From positions 1,539-65,538 of the forward strand of contig JAKSIE010000009.1 of the NCBI GenBank assembly GCA_024398995.1: a stretch of DNA of 64,000 nucleotides, in the 5' to 3' direction. Source of the DNA: Fibrobacter sp. (GTDB taxonomy: Bacteria; Fibrobacterota; Fibrobacteria; Fibrobacterales; Fibrobacteraceae). Both the position numbers and the translations under genes were made by a program. The notes under the pieces are model-generated. The model had not been told where the DNA came from. It worked only from the letters and a program-made list of their open reading frames with translations, and did not search any database. This document shows positions 41,955-52,210 of the stretch, one piece after another (within the stretch, counting starts at the first letter, position 1; each line of letters begins with the position of its first letter).

Positions 41955-43622
41955 TTTACTTCTTTTTGCGTAGTGGGCTAGGCGGATGCCGTCGGCGGCG
42001 CTGGTGACAATACCGCCGGAGTAGCCGGCGCCTTCTCCAAGAACATAAAGCCCTTGGGTGTTGACGCTTTCCAATGTTTCGTTGTTGCGGGTAATGCGGA
42101 GCGGAGAACTGGTGCGGGTTTCCGGGGCGACAATTAGGCCTTCTTCAATAAAACCAGGAATCTTCTTGTCAAAATTCTGGAAACCTTCGGCCAGGGAGGC
42201 GCAAATGGTCTTGTCCATCCAGTCCCACATGTTGCAGCTTACAAGACCGCAGGGGTATGTGGATTTGGGCAGGCGGTCTGCGCGGTCCTCTCGCTTGGCA
42301 AGGAAACTCTTAATGGTTTGCGCGGGGGCGGCGTAGTTCTTGCCACCTACGGCGTAGGCATCTGCTTCGATTTTACGCTGCAAGTCCAGACCGCCAAAGA
42401 GGGTTCCTGCGGTCTTGATGTCAAAGCCTTCTGCACCCGGAGTAATGGGTACTGCAATGGCGCCGTTTGCGGTTTTGCCGTTACGGCTGCTGTAGCTCAT
42501 GCCGTTGGTGGCGAGGGTGCCGGGTTCCGAGGCGCAAGGTACCAGGACTCCGCCTGGGCACATACAGAAACTGTAGGCGCTGGAGGTCTTGTTCAACGTG
42601 GGCGTTGCCAGGAAGTATTCGGCGGCACCGGTAAGGCTCGTGTCAACGTCACGGCCCAGCTGGCGCATGTTAATGAGCATCTGGGGATGTTCTACACGAA
42701 CGCCCATGGCGAAAGCTTTGCTTTCCAGAGTGACGCCTCGGGCGTGGAGCATTTCGTAAATGCTACGGGCAGAATGGCCTACTGCAAGAACCAGAGCTTC
42801 GCACGGCTGCCAATGACTGGGGCAAATTTCTGCAAAGTCGGGGGAGGGAACTTCGCCTAAGTTCCGGCGAGAAACATCGCGTAACTTGATGGCGCAAATG
42901 CGACCGCCCTTAACTTCAATATCCTCCAGAGTGGTGCTGTAATGAATGCGACCGCCAAGGCGGGCAATTTCTGCGCGAATTTGGCGCAACATCAGAACCA
43001 GCTTGTCCGTACCGATGTGGGGCTTCGCAAAAGTAACCACCGATTCGTCCACCCCGAAGGAAACCATGTCCTTAAGGACTGCTTCGGAAAACAGGTTGCG
43101 ACTGCGTGTGTTCAGCTTTCCGTCACTGAAGGCACCTGCGCCGCCTTCGCCATAAAGCACGTTGCTGTAGGCGTTAAATTCCCGGTTCACAAAGAACTTG
43201 CGGATATCGCGGAAGCGTTCTTCCACCAGCTTGCCCTGTTCGTAGAGATCCACCTGAAAACCCTTGCGAAGCAAGTGAAGGGCTGCCCACAATCCGCTGG
43301 GGCCAGCGCCAATCACATCCACATGGCTAGCCATAGGAACCGTGTTTCGCTGCGGGTCATTTTCCAGAGATTCTGTTTCGCGGGAGGCTTCTACCAAGCC
43401 CTTCGCATGATTGCCTGTGGCTCGAAGCTGGCGTTTTACTTCAAAAATCACATTGTAAGACCACTTAGGGTCTCCCTTACGACGGCTATCCAGAGAAAAG
43501 CGCTCCACCTGGAGATTGAAAATCTCCTCGGGGTGAACTCGCAGTTCACGGGCCAGTGCGGCTCGGTATTCGCCTTTTTTGTTCAAGGCGACGGTTAATT
43601 CTCTGTAGCGGTACGTAAACAT
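41949..43622 (-). CDS. NAD(P)/FAD-dependent oxidoreductase (uncharacterised FAD-dependent dehydrogenase family)
   Basis: VIGAGPSG, GEGGAGAFSDGKL, KPHIGTD, GVRVEHPQ, FCMCPGG, ETRTSSP, GEGAGYSGGI. Confidence 0.9.
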   Translation of the reverse strand: MFTYRYRELTVALNKKGEYRAALARELRVHPEEIFNLQVERFSLDSRRKGDPKWSYNVIFEVKRQLRATGNHAKGLVEASRETESLENDPQRNTVPMASHVDVIGAGPSGLWAALHLLRKGFQVDLYEQGKLVEERFRDIRKFFVNREFNAYSNVLYGEGGAGAFSDGKLNTRSRNLFSEAVLKDMVSFGVDESVVTFAKPHIGTDKLVLMLRQIRAEIARLGGRIHYSTTLEDIEVKGGRICAIKLRDVSRRNLGEVPSPDFAEICPSHWQPCEALVLAVGHSARSIYEMLHARGVTLESKAFAMGVRVEHPQMLINMRQLGRDVDTSLTGAAEYFLATPTLNKTSSAYSFCMCPGGVLVPCASEPGTLATNGMSYSSRNGKTANGAIAVPITPGAEGFDIKTAGTLFGGLDLQRKIEADAYAVGGKNYAAPAQTIKSFLAKREDRADRLPKSTYPCGLVSCNMWDWMDKTICASLAEGFQNFDKKIPGFIEEGLIVAPETRTSSPLRITRNNETLESVNTQGLYVLGEGAGYSGGIVTSAADGIRLAHYAKRSKQ

Positions 43623-43641
43623 CGCCGCCAAATGTAGAAAT

Positions 43642-46600
43642 TTAGAAGGCGTAGTTCACGCGGACTCCGCCAAAGATGTCCTTGTACTCATTGCTGAGGT
43701 TTTCGGGACGGTAGTACATTGCTGCGCCAACATTCCATTCGCTATTCAGGTGCTTGGTATGATTGACTCGAACCTTTACGCCGCCCAAAATGTCGGTTTC
43801 TGTTTCGTTTTCGTCCTTGCCATCCTGTTTCCAACTTGAGGTCAGGTAACGGAAAGTACCGTTGGCTCCAAGAATCAAGAAACGATTCATCAGAGGAATT
43901 TCCAATTCGTCTTCGATGATGATTTCCGCTTCGCTCATGTCATTGCGTTTGTAATTCTTGAATCGGGGTGTTACCGCAATTTTATTCTGCAGGTTCGGCA
44001 TAGTTGTTGTTGCAGACAGAGGGTAGGCCTGTTCAAAGTAGTCGGCGCCACCGAAGTAATAGCCCATCTTGCTCAAGGTTTCTGTCGACAGGTCAAGATT
44101 TTTCATCGGGCTGTCGTTGTGGAATATAGAACCATCTACGCGGAGAGTCCATACGCCACCCAGCTTAAAGACGGATTTGTAAGCCTTGAGAATAGCTTCG
44201 CCTTTCCAAGTGTGCTTGAAAATTCGTTCCTGGAAGTTGGAGGCCAGGTAGGGCTCCGTTGCCAATTCCATGTAATCGTTCCAACGGCTCTTATCCACTA
44301 CGGTGCTATCGCCTTCATTATAAATGGTGATAGTTTCCTTGCCCTTGCGCTTTGCAAACCATGGGTCCTTATAGATTTCTTCACTCAACTTAAAAACGCC
44401 GTGGAGTCTAGTGGGCTTATATTGGGTCCTGTATTCAAGACCGTAACCTACGTTGACACTTAGCTTTTCGTTGATTTTGATGTTGTTTGCAAGGGCGACG
44501 TTCTGGATGTATTTGGATCTGTCGTTATCCAGCTCATGGGCTTTTTTCCAGCTATCGGATGCGCTGCCGAATCCGATGGTAGTACCTTCGCCTAGACCAA
44601 AGATGTTTGCTTTGTCATCCTTGGCTGCATTTTCCACGTTGATCTGATAACCAAAATTCAACGTCCAGAACTTGTTGATGATTTGTTCTAAATTACCGCC
44701 GAATTCACGGGTATCGGCCAGCAAATCCGGAGAACCTGCGCTATAGTAGTTTTCACCTACGTATTTCAGGTGCCCGGAAATGGTAGTCTTGTTGATGTTC
44801 CAGAACAAGGAGGCGCCAATGGCAAGGTTCTGACCGCTCCATTTCATGCCCAAGATCTTGTCATCGTCATTAGTGTTTGCGGCATCTCTTCGACTTTTGT
44901 CTGCGTTTCTAACGAGAGTCCTCAGGGAGTCTCTCATCTGTGCCCTGGTCATAGTGGTGTTGTCACCGAAAATTTCTTCCAGTTCGGTTTGGGTCAATCG
45001 GTAGATTTCGAATTCGTTAGCCATCAATTGGCGGATGGTACTGTAAGAGGCTGTGTTGATTCCTGCTTCTTGTAAAACACCGTTGATGGCGCGTTCTACA
45101 AATACCTCTGCAGTGTCTGCGCGGCCCATGGCCACCTGTCCGTTAAGCTCGATGTCGCCCGGATAGAAAAGCCAGTTTCCATCGGCAAAGATGGTGAAGG
45201 ATTCCTGCAGAGGTGCGCTTGTGACATTAGGAGTAGCAGTTCCCTTGCGGAAAAGAGGATCCTTGATGGCGTCGTCTGCGTAAAGCATCCCTAACTTTGC
45301 GTCAAATCGACGTAAGGGTGACCACTTGAAGGAACCACCTGCGACCAGTCGCTGAGCCTGTGCGGAACCATTTTCTACATAGATGTTGTACATGTCCGGT
45401 TGACGTTCACCAGGAACCAAGGATTTCTGGGATTCGCCGGCGAAGGCGTCGATTTCAAACAAGGGCTGGTCGCCGTTGTTCTTGCCCAAGGACAATGTGT
45501 AGTTTGCTCCAAACACGGGAAGGGAAGACATGTAAATGTCACCGCTGATTTTTTGGAAATCACCGAGAACAGCGTGGTTGTAAGCATCCGTGTAGGTTAA
45601 GGAAACCGGGTTTGGAGAGAAATGATTCCAGGAATCTGCGGTCAGATTTGCATCAAATTCAAGAGTTCCGCCATTGGGAAGCTGCATCAGCAAATAGGCG
45701 CTTGCTTCTCCGCCAAGGCCAGGAGCCTGGAAGGTATTCTTGTAATGCTGCTTTGTCTTGATGGAGTCCTTACCGACAATGTCCGCTTGCTTACTGTGAT
45801 TGCGTCTTGTCAAAATGTGGTGATAGTTTGCACCAAGCATAACGTTTCCGATGATGGAAATCGGTTTGCTTGCCGTGTCACCCACATTTGAAGCGATGCT
45901 TGTCTTGGCTACATCGCTGATGGTTTCGTTTTGCTTGACTTCACGGCTCTGGACACCGGGAATCTCGGGATCTGCAGCCAGTGTAGCGATTACAGAATTC
46001 GGATTCTTGCTAAAGTTTTCCTTGTTGTCCTTGACGCTTTCGGTAACGGTCTTGTCAAGAATCTCGTTGGAAGCTACGCCGTTTAGGTTCTTGGAAACCT
46101 TGGTGTCGCTGAAGGCAAGTTTGCTATTGCCTTTATCAAGAATACCGTAGGTGTTTTCTTCGAAGGAAGAAGCGCTGACTTCCGTTTGGGCCAATTCTGC
46201 GTTCAGTAGGGCCACGTTGTTCTTTTTGAAAGAGGTGCGTTGGACGTTGGCAACCGCATAGTTTGAAACGTGAAGTGCTACACCAGCGTTTTCTTCAAAG
46301 GAACAGTCGTTGATGTCAACTTTGGAGTTCTTTGCAAAAAAGCCATGCTGGCTTGTTTTGTTGACTTCTGCGGATTGCAAGGTCAAATTGCTGTTTTCGA
46401 CAACGAAGCCGTTTTCTGCATTAGAAACGGTCACGTTGCGAATTTCGTTTTCCGACACAGAGGAAATGAAAACGCCCTTCCACTTTGAGTTGCCTGACGC
46501 ATCGGCTGTAGTTAACACAACCTTTTTGGCCTTGTTACCTGCGATAACAAGCTGGCCCTTGGCGTATAGACCTGTGTTAGGCGCGAATTGCAAAATGACA

Positions 46601-47088
46601 CCGGGTTCGATGATAAGGACGTTGTCCTTTTCAATGGTGACGTTTTCTTCAATGAGGTAGGGGGAGGCATCGGCCTTGAGGAATCCTTGAATACTCCCAG
46701 AAAGCTTTGTACCCGACAAAAGCTGAACGGCGGGTTCTGTTGCGGTTGCAGGTTCTGCTGCAACCACGGGCTCGGCAACAGGAACTGGTGCGACCGCAGT
46801 CTCTGCAACAACGGAATCAGCGGGCTCGGCAACAGGGACTGGTGCGACCGCAGTCTCTGCAACAACGGAATCAGCGGGCTCGGCAACAGGGACTGGGACC
46901 GCAGTCTCTGCAACAACGGAATCTGCGGGCTCGGCAACAGGGGCGAAATTTACCTCGGGCTCAGCGGCGGTTGCGGGTTCTGCTGCAATCACGGAGTCGG
47001 CCGCAACAACGGGCTCTACAGGAACTTCTTGAGCAATAGACAATCCTGCAGTGAGGGCAATGGCGGAAAGATAAAACGGAGCTTTCAT
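43642..47088 (-). CDS. Large exported protein: Pro/Ala/Val repeats, right-handed beta-helix, probable C-terminal beta-barrel
   Basis: Signal peptide; SPYLIEENVTI...LIIEPGV...WKGV beta-helix cap; Asn-ladder repeats; terminal VRVNYAF. Confidence 0.8.
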   Translation of the reverse strand: MKAPFYLSAIALTAGLSIAQEVPVEPVVAADSVIAAEPATAAEPEVNFAPVAEPADSVVAETAVPVPVAEPADSVVAETAVAPVPVAEPADSVVAETAVAPVPVAEPVVAAEPATATEPAVQLLSGTKLSGSIQGFLKADASPYLIEENVTIEKDNVLIIEPGVILQFAPNTGLYAKGQLVIAGNKAKKVVLTTADASGNSKWKGVFISSVSENEIRNVTVSNAENGFVVENSNLTLQSAEVNKTSQHGFFAKNSKVDINDCSFEENAGVALHVSNYAVANVQRTSFKKNNVALLNAELAQTEVSASSFEENTYGILDKGNSKLAFSDTKVSKNLNGVASNEILDKTVTESVKDNKENFSKNPNSVIATLAADPEIPGVQSREVKQNETISDVAKTSIASNVGDTASKPISIIGNVMLGANYHHILTRRNHSKQADIVGKDSIKTKQHYKNTFQAPGLGGEASAYLLMQLPNGGTLEFDANLTADSWNHFSPNPVSLTYTDAYNHAVLGDFQKISGDIYMSSLPVFGANYTLSLGKNNGDQPLFEIDAFAGESQKSLVPGERQPDMYNIYVENGSAQAQRLVAGGSFKWSPLRRFDAKLGMLYADDAIKDPLFRKGTATPNVTSAPLQESFTIFADGNWLFYPGDIELNGQVAMGRADTAEVFVERAINGVLQEAGINTASYSTIRQLMANEFEIYRLTQTELEEIFGDNTTMTRAQMRDSLRTLVRNADKSRRDAANTNDDDKILGMKWSGQNLAIGASLFWNINKTTISGHLKYVGENYYSAGSPDLLADTREFGGNLEQIINKFWTLNFGYQINVENAAKDDKANIFGLGEGTTIGFGSASDSWKKAHELDNDRSKYIQNVALANNIKINEKLSVNVGYGLEYRTQYKPTRLHGVFKLSEEIYKDPWFAKRKGKETITIYNEGDSTVVDKSRWNDYMELATEPYLASNFQERIFKHTWKGEAILKAYKSVFKLGGVWTLRVDGSIFHNDSPMKNLDLSTETLSKMGYYFGGADYFEQAYPLSATTTMPNLQNKIAVTPRFKNYKRNDMSEAEIIIEDELEIPLMNRFLILGANGTFRYLTSSWKQDGKDENETETDILGGVKVRVNHTKHLNSEWNVGAAMYYRPENLSNEYKDIFGGVRVNYAF
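46767..46941 (-). repeat. 54/54/51-bp coding tandem repeat (PVAEPADSVVAETAVAPV)
   Basis: CGGGCTCGGCAACAGG recurs at 46767, 46821, 46875, 46926. Confidence 0.92.
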
Positions 47089-48968
47089 TATTGGACCTTG
47101 TAGGATTTGGTTGCACTCAAAACAGAACCATTCTTCATTATCACATTGATGGTAACGTTGGTGGTAGCGTTGTGTTCCAGTTCGAGCTGGAGGTCAAAGA
47201 TGTTCGACTGGAAATCCGTGGGGCGCAAGATTGTTTTCTTGCCCTTCTGAGAAATCGTGATCAACTTGATGTAGTTAGGATCATTGTCGGGAATGTTGGT
47301 AACCTTGAAGGTCAGGTTTTCAAAAACGGTATTGCTGGGATAACCGCTGGGCGGCTTCGGTGCACGAATTCTTTTTTCTGCAGCCCCGCCCACAACTTCA
47401 AGTGTATGCCTTCTCGGCGGGAAACATCCCAGGGTCTTGGTAATCTGACTGCTGTTGCCGGCCAAGTCAGTCACATTGAAAGTGTACCTATGGATGCCGC
47501 TGGTCAGATTTTGCGTAATGACAGTCTTGTTCTTATAGCGACTGCTGACATTTGCAGTTTCGTTATCGATGCTGTAACTATAGATGATTTCGTCATCATA
47601 GAGTTTGTCCAGATTCAGCTTCACGTAGCATTTCAGGGAGTCCTTGGACTTCATTGCCAAAGTGGGGGTGATGTTGTTTGTCGCCTTGTTGGACTTATCT
47701 ACGTCAAGAGCTAGAACTATAGTTTTTGTGCCAAGAGTTTTGGAACTGTATTCAATGGTGAAAGCCTTTTCGTTCCAGTTACGCAATCTTTCTGAAATGC
47801 TGACCGTGTGGGTAAACTGACCGTTGGCACTGAGAGGAACCAAGTTCGGAGAGGTATAGCTGCCCAGTTTCACAAATAGAGTAGCTGTGGAGTCCGCTGT
47901 ATTGAAGGTTCCTTCGATGGTTGCCGCCGCAGGATTGCTTACAGAAACGGGGGAGGCTGTAGAAACTGTCAACAGGGGCTCGTTCTGGTTTACGGCTGCG
48001 ACGCTTTCCTTGGGAAGACCAACGAAGTTTGTGGTCAACTGGCCGCAGGGGATGTGCAATGCTCCGATTTGGCAGGTGGCGGAGAACTTTTTGATGCCCA
48101 GGGCGTCTTCTGCCCAGTTGGGGGTGAATTCCATGTCGTTGCCCTTGGCTTCGCGCTTCTGGCCGGCGATTTCCATGGAGTCGGCTCCTGTGCACTTGGC
48201 TCGGATAACAATGCTTGTGTCTTTCACCTGGTCGGGAATAGGTGCAAATTCGCATTTAAGGCTTTGCTTTGCAAGTTCGACAGCCTTTTCAAGATCCAGA
48301 TTCTTTTCGATAATCAACTTATTAAGGGAATCCGCGGTTAAGGTTGTGTCGCTAAGGATCTTGTCAATGACATTGAACAGGTCTGTGGTGCCGGAATTGC
48401 TCAGGTCAAGGACAACCAGGTCGTCGCCGTTGGGAATTGCCGTTTGACCGCCGTTGATCGTTGTTGTCTTTCCTCCCATGACAATTTCCAACTGACCATT
48501 GATGAGGGAGGCGATAAACTTGTTGTTTTCGGAGGCACCGATAATGCCTTCCGTACCGCGGATAGCGGCCACGGCGGTGCCTGTCTTGAACTTAATGGAA
48601 CTTTCCTTGTTGGCCTGCTTCTGCACGTCGAAGCGGACCTTACCTTTTTTAATGTCTGTGGTAGAGATGTTCTTGCCGTCTTCAGAAACTAACTCTGCAA
48701 CAGAAACGATGGAATTTTCTTCGATAGAGATTGCACTGCCATCAGGAAGCCCGATGGTAATCTGAGATTCCATCATTGTCCTAATCAAATCGCCTTCGTG
48801 GACCTTATTTCCGATTCTCGGTTTTTCCCAATCGGTGCTTTTGATTTTTTTGTGACCCACGTCGCCAATGACGGAACGAACCTTTCCTGCGTTCGATGCA
48901 GCAATGGAATTAGCTACGGAAATAGCTAGAAAAATGCTTAAAAACCTAAAAAAGTGCGAAAACGGCAT
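47088..48968 (-). CDS. Exported FecR-domain protein with Ig-like C-terminal domains
   Basis: GDLIRT...LPDGSAISIEENS...GKVRFDV...TAVAAIRGT FecR signature; TDLAGNS Ig-type motif; stop overlaps next start. Confidence 0.85.
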   Translation of the reverse strand: MPFSHFFRFLSIFLAISVANSIAASNAGKVRSVIGDVGHKKIKSTDWEKPRIGNKVHEGDLIRTMMESQITIGLPDGSAISIEENSIVSVAELVSEDGKNISTTDIKKGKVRFDVQKQANKESSIKFKTGTAVAAIRGTEGIIGASENNKFIASLINGQLEIVMGGKTTTINGGQTAIPNGDDLVVLDLSNSGTTDLFNVIDKILSDTTLTADSLNKLIIEKNLDLEKAVELAKQSLKCEFAPIPDQVKDTSIVIRAKCTGADSMEIAGQKREAKGNDMEFTPNWAEDALGIKKFSATCQIGALHIPCGQLTTNFVGLPKESVAAVNQNEPLLTVSTASPVSVSNPAAATIEGTFNTADSTATLFVKLGSYTSPNLVPLSANGQFTHTVSISERLRNWNEKAFTIEYSSKTLGTKTIVLALDVDKSNKATNNITPTLAMKSKDSLKCYVKLNLDKLYDDEIIYSYSIDNETANVSSRYKNKTVITQNLTSGIHRYTFNVTDLAGNSSQITKTLGCFPPRRHTLEVVGGAAEKRIRAPKPPSGYPSNTVFENLTFKVTNIPDNDPNYIKLITISQKGKKTILRPTDFQSNIFDLQLELEHNATTNVTINVIMKNGSVLSATKSYKVQ

Positions 48969-49089
48969 ATCGCCCCTTACGAGAAAAAACCAAACTACCT
49001 TAAATATATTTATTATTAGGATATACTTCGGCTAGCGCAAGCTCCGTTGTAAGAAAAAGAGATGTTTTTTCAAACAAAATGGAATAATT

Positions 49090-49374
49090 ATGGAAGTTGA
49101 AGAATTGACCGTTGCCTTTAGCGACGAAGACTCTGGCGAAGAAGTCATTAAGGAACTGGGTAAGGAAATCCTCTCCAAGGGTGCATGGCCCACCGTCATG
49201 TTCCATTACCAGGAAAAGGATCCCAAGACTGGTGACTTTGGTGAACCTAAGGTAAGCCTTCGCCGTTATCGCAAGATGAATGGCAACTTCAAGGCCCAGG
49301 GCAAGTTCAAGATTACTGGAAAGGCCCAGGCTGAAGCAATTATCGACGTCCTCAAAAAGTGGTATAACATTTAA
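49090..49374 (+). CDS. Conserved-looking hypothetical protein (94 aa)
   Basis: Host-like codons; TAATG coupling to ybeY; beta-strands plus C-terminal helix with basic RRYRK patch. Confidence 0.75.
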   Translation: MEVEELTVAFSDEDSGEEVIKELGKEILSKGAWPTVMFHYQEKDPKTGDFGEPKVSLRRYRKMNGNFKAQGKFKITGKAQAEAIIDVLKKWYNI

Positions 49375-49892
49375 TGCCGGACCCTGCTAGTAAGAAGGCC
49401 ACCAAGGTGGCCCCCAAGAAGACCGCAGCAAAAAAAGTTGCTGCTCCTAAGTACAATATCGACTTCCTGCTGGAAGGCGATATTGATTCGTTCCCCTATA
49501 AGGACAAGTTCGAAAAGATGGCTCGCAAGCTTCTTGCCGAAGAAGGCAAGGAGAAGGATGTGAACATCGTTCTTTGCACCGATGAATTTGTTCGTGAAAT
49601 GAACAAGAATTATCGCGGTCTTGATAAGGTGACCGACGTGCTTTCCTTTGAATGGCATGCGGAATTCCCTGGCGAACCGGAAATGCTGGGCGAAATCTAC
49701 ATCGCTCGCGAACAGGTAAGGCGTCAGGCTCCCGAATACGGCAATACGTTCTTTGCTGAAATGAAGCGCGTCATTGTTCATGGCCTGCTTCATCTGTCTG
49801 GCTATGACCACATCAAGGCTTGTGACCGTAAGGTCATGCGCGCCCGTGAATGTGAATTCCTGGGTCTCGATCCCTACAAGGAGAAAGACTAA
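49374..49892 (+). CDS. ybeY: rRNA maturation endoribonuclease YbeY
   Basis: NKNYRGLDKVTDVLSF, LGEIYI, HGLLHLSGYDH. Confidence 0.95.
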   Translation: MPDPASKKATKVAPKKTAAKKVAAPKYNIDFLLEGDIDSFPYKDKFEKMARKLLAEEGKEKDVNIVLCTDEFVREMNKNYRGLDKVTDVLSFEWHAEFPGEPEMLGEIYIAREQVRRQAPEYGNTFFAEMKRVIVHGLLHLSGYDHIKACDRKVMRARECEFLGLDPYKEKD

Positions 49893-51229
49893 TGGAAAAC
49901 GCAGATAGTTGGGCGATAGCCTTTCTCGCAATCTTTTTAATTGTTTCGTTCTCCTTCTCCCTGGTGAAGGCTTCCTTCAGCGCTATCTATGCAAAGCGTG
50001 ACGCCAAGGACCGTGAAGGCCGCGAAGAAAAAGTGGCTGCCCTGGTGGAACTGGGTGGCTTTAATGAAACCATTTCCATCGGTCGCATTTTCTGCAACGT
50101 GGGTAGCGGCGTTCTGGGCTTCTATCTGTTTGAAATGATTCCCTGGGACTGGGTTCAGCAATACTGGATTCTGGCTTTCGTGGCCTACATTGTGGTGGCT
50201 TGCATCATTATCTACACGTTTACTGTGTTCTTTGCAAACCTGCTGGGTAACTTGAAGCCGGATACCTTGGCTGTGGTCCTGATTCCCCTGTACCGCTATA
50301 TCCGCCTGCCCTTTATTGTTCCCGCAAAGATTTGCCACGCGCTGTTCGTGAAATCCCTGAAGGGCATGGGCTATGATTCCAAGCTCAGTTTCTTACCGGA
50401 AGAACGTCGCGACGCGGTCCAGGCGGACTTGTCTGACGATAACGGAGGAGACGGTGAAGGCCTTGAAAAAGAAGAACGTCAGATGATTCTGAACATCTTT
50501 GATTTCGTGGAAACACCTGTTCGTGAAATCATGACGCCTCGTGTGGACATGTGCGCTATCGATGTGGATACTTCCCTGGAAGACCTGGTGAAGGTTCTGA
50601 ATAGCGAACGTCATTCCCGGTTGCCGGTTTATAAGGAAACTGTGGACAATATCGTGGGTATCCTTTCCAACAGAGATTTCTTGGAATGGTACACGGAACA
50701 TGGTAGCGAGACTTTCGACATTATGAAAATTGTGATGCCACCGGTATTCGTTCCTTACCACAAGAAGATTGACGATTTGCTGACGGAACTGCGCAAGACT
50801 GGAAACCAGTTGGCAATCGTTGTGGATGAGTACGGCGGAACTGCAGGCCTTGTGACCTTGGAAGACATCCTGGAGGAAATCGTTGGCGAAATTCGCGACG
50901 AAGACGACGTGGATGAAGAACAGGATGTGCAGAAACTGAAGGATGGCCGTTACATTCTGGACCCGCTGATGACCTTGTCGGACCTGGAATATGAACTGGG
51001 TGTTGAGCTGGAAGCTCCGGAAAATTCCCACGTGGAAACCTTGTCTGGCTTGATTCAGGCTACCTTGGGCATTATTCCGTCTCCTGGTGCAGAAGTTGTG
51101 ATTAAGGGCTATACCTTCCGCGTGCTGAAAATGGACGGAACCCGTATGGAGAAGGTCCTGATGATCCAACCGGGTAAGGCGAAGCCTAAGAATCCGCCTC
51201 GTACCCAGATCTTCAAGTCTTTGCAGTAG
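49892..51229 (+). CDS. Hemolysin/CNNM-family protein (CBS pair + CorC domain)
   Basis: N-terminal TMs, [45 protein letters not shown]. Confidence 0.92.
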   Translation: MENADSWAIAFLAIFLIVSFSFSLVKASFSAIYAKRDAKDREGREEKVAALVELGGFNETISIGRIFCNVGSGVLGFYLFEMIPWDWVQQYWILAFVAYIVVACIIIYTFTVFFANLLGNLKPDTLAVVLIPLYRYIRLPFIVPAKICHALFVKSLKGMGYDSKLSFLPEERRDAVQADLSDDNGGDGEGLEKEERQMILNIFDFVETPVREIMTPRVDMCAIDVDTSLEDLVKVLNSERHSRLPVYKETVDNIVGILSNRDFLEWYTEHGSETFDIMKIVMPPVFVPYHKKIDDLLTELRKTGNQLAIVVDEYGGTAGLVTLEDILEEIVGEIRDEDDVDEEQDVQKLKDGRYILDPLMTLSDLEYELGVELEAPENSHVETLSGLIQATLGIIPSPGAEVVIKGYTFRVLKMDGTRMEKVLMIQPGKAKPKNPPRTQIFKSLQ

Positions 51230-51267
51230 TTCGCAGACTACCTGCGACAAGCGCTTCTGTAAATTGC

Positions 51268-51301
51268 AAAAAAAATCCCGCTGAGAGGCGGGATTTTTTT
51301 A
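51268..51301. terminator. Bidirectional terminator
   Basis: AAAAAAAATCCCGC-TGAGAG-GCGGGATTTTTT between convergent genes. Confidence 0.8.
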
Positions 51302-51317
51302 TAGTCATAAGATGCGG

Positions 51318-51947
51318 TTACTGGTTCTTAAGGTCTTTATACAGCGCGCGGATTGCGTTTCCGCGGTGGCTGATGACTTTCTTTTCTTCCAGTTCCATCT
51401 GGGCGAAAGTGCGGGTCTCGCCATTAGGTACAAACAGCGGGTCGTATCCGAAACCCATGTCACCGACGGGAGCGTGATTGATTGCACCTCGGCATTCGCC
51501 CTCGTAAATCTTCGGATTGGTCACTGTGAACTTGCCGTCGTCGTCCTTCACCACCTGCTGGTAGGAAAGAGCACAAAAATAGCGGGCGGCGCGGTCTTCG
51601 ACGCCTTCTAGTTTAGCGAGAAGCTTATTGTTGTTGGCGTTGTCGTCGCCGTGGCCGCCTGCATAGCGGGCACTGTAGATGCCGGGTTCGCTATTGATGG
51701 CGAAAACCTCCAGGCCGGAGTCGTCGGCGAGAACGGTAGCCTCGATGCCACGGTCTGCAAGCCATTGGGCGGTAACGCTTGACTTGATGATGGCGTTTGC
51801 AGCAAAGCTGTTGCCGTCTTCAACAATGTCGCCATCAAAACCGATGTCCTTCAGAGTCTTGAATTCGTAATGGTCCGTACCCAGGATATGGGCGAAGTCG
51901 CGAATTTTTCCGGCGCTGCCAGTGGCGATAACAAAAAGATGTTTCAT
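51318..51947 (-). CDS. rdgB: Non-canonical purine NTP pyrophosphatase (RdgB/HAM1)
   Basis: LADDSGL, PGIYSARY, GFGYDPLF, KKVISHRG. Confidence 0.93.
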   Translation of the reverse strand: MKHLFVIATGSAGKIRDFAHILGTDHYEFKTLKDIGFDGDIVEDGNSFAANAIIKSSVTAQWLADRGIEATVLADDSGLEVFAINSEPGIYSARYAGGHGDDNANNNKLLAKLEGVEDRAARYFCALSYQQVVKDDDGKFTVTNPKIYEGECRGAINHAPVGDMGFGYDPLFVPNGETRTFAQMELEEKKVISHRGNAIRALYKDLKNQ

Positions 51948-52138
51948 TAGTAATGTTCCGGTTTCATGACGATAAGGATAGCGTCAACTACAACGCCTAC
52001 GCCGCAAAGACCGGCAGTGCAAAGCCAAAGAATGCCAGTCCAAATTTTGCCTTCGTAGAAACGGTGCAGTCCAAGATAGCCCAGCAGAATGCAAAGGGCT
52101 AGAGCGATCCATTTATTGTGAGTTCCTTCAGCGGCCAT
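51947..52138 (-). CDS. TM2-domain small membrane protein
   Basis: NKWIALALCILLGYLGLHRFYEGKIWTGILWLCT; AAGGAGG RBS before MAAEG. Confidence 0.88.
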   Translation of the reverse strand: MAAEGTHNKWIALALCILLGYLGLHRFYEGKIWTGILWLCTAGLCGVGVVVDAILIVMKPEHY

Positions 52139-52210
52139 AGCGCCTCCTTTATTACAAGGATAAATATAAAAATTGTTCTTTTGATGGAACACCTGATTAA
52201 GGGCAATTTG

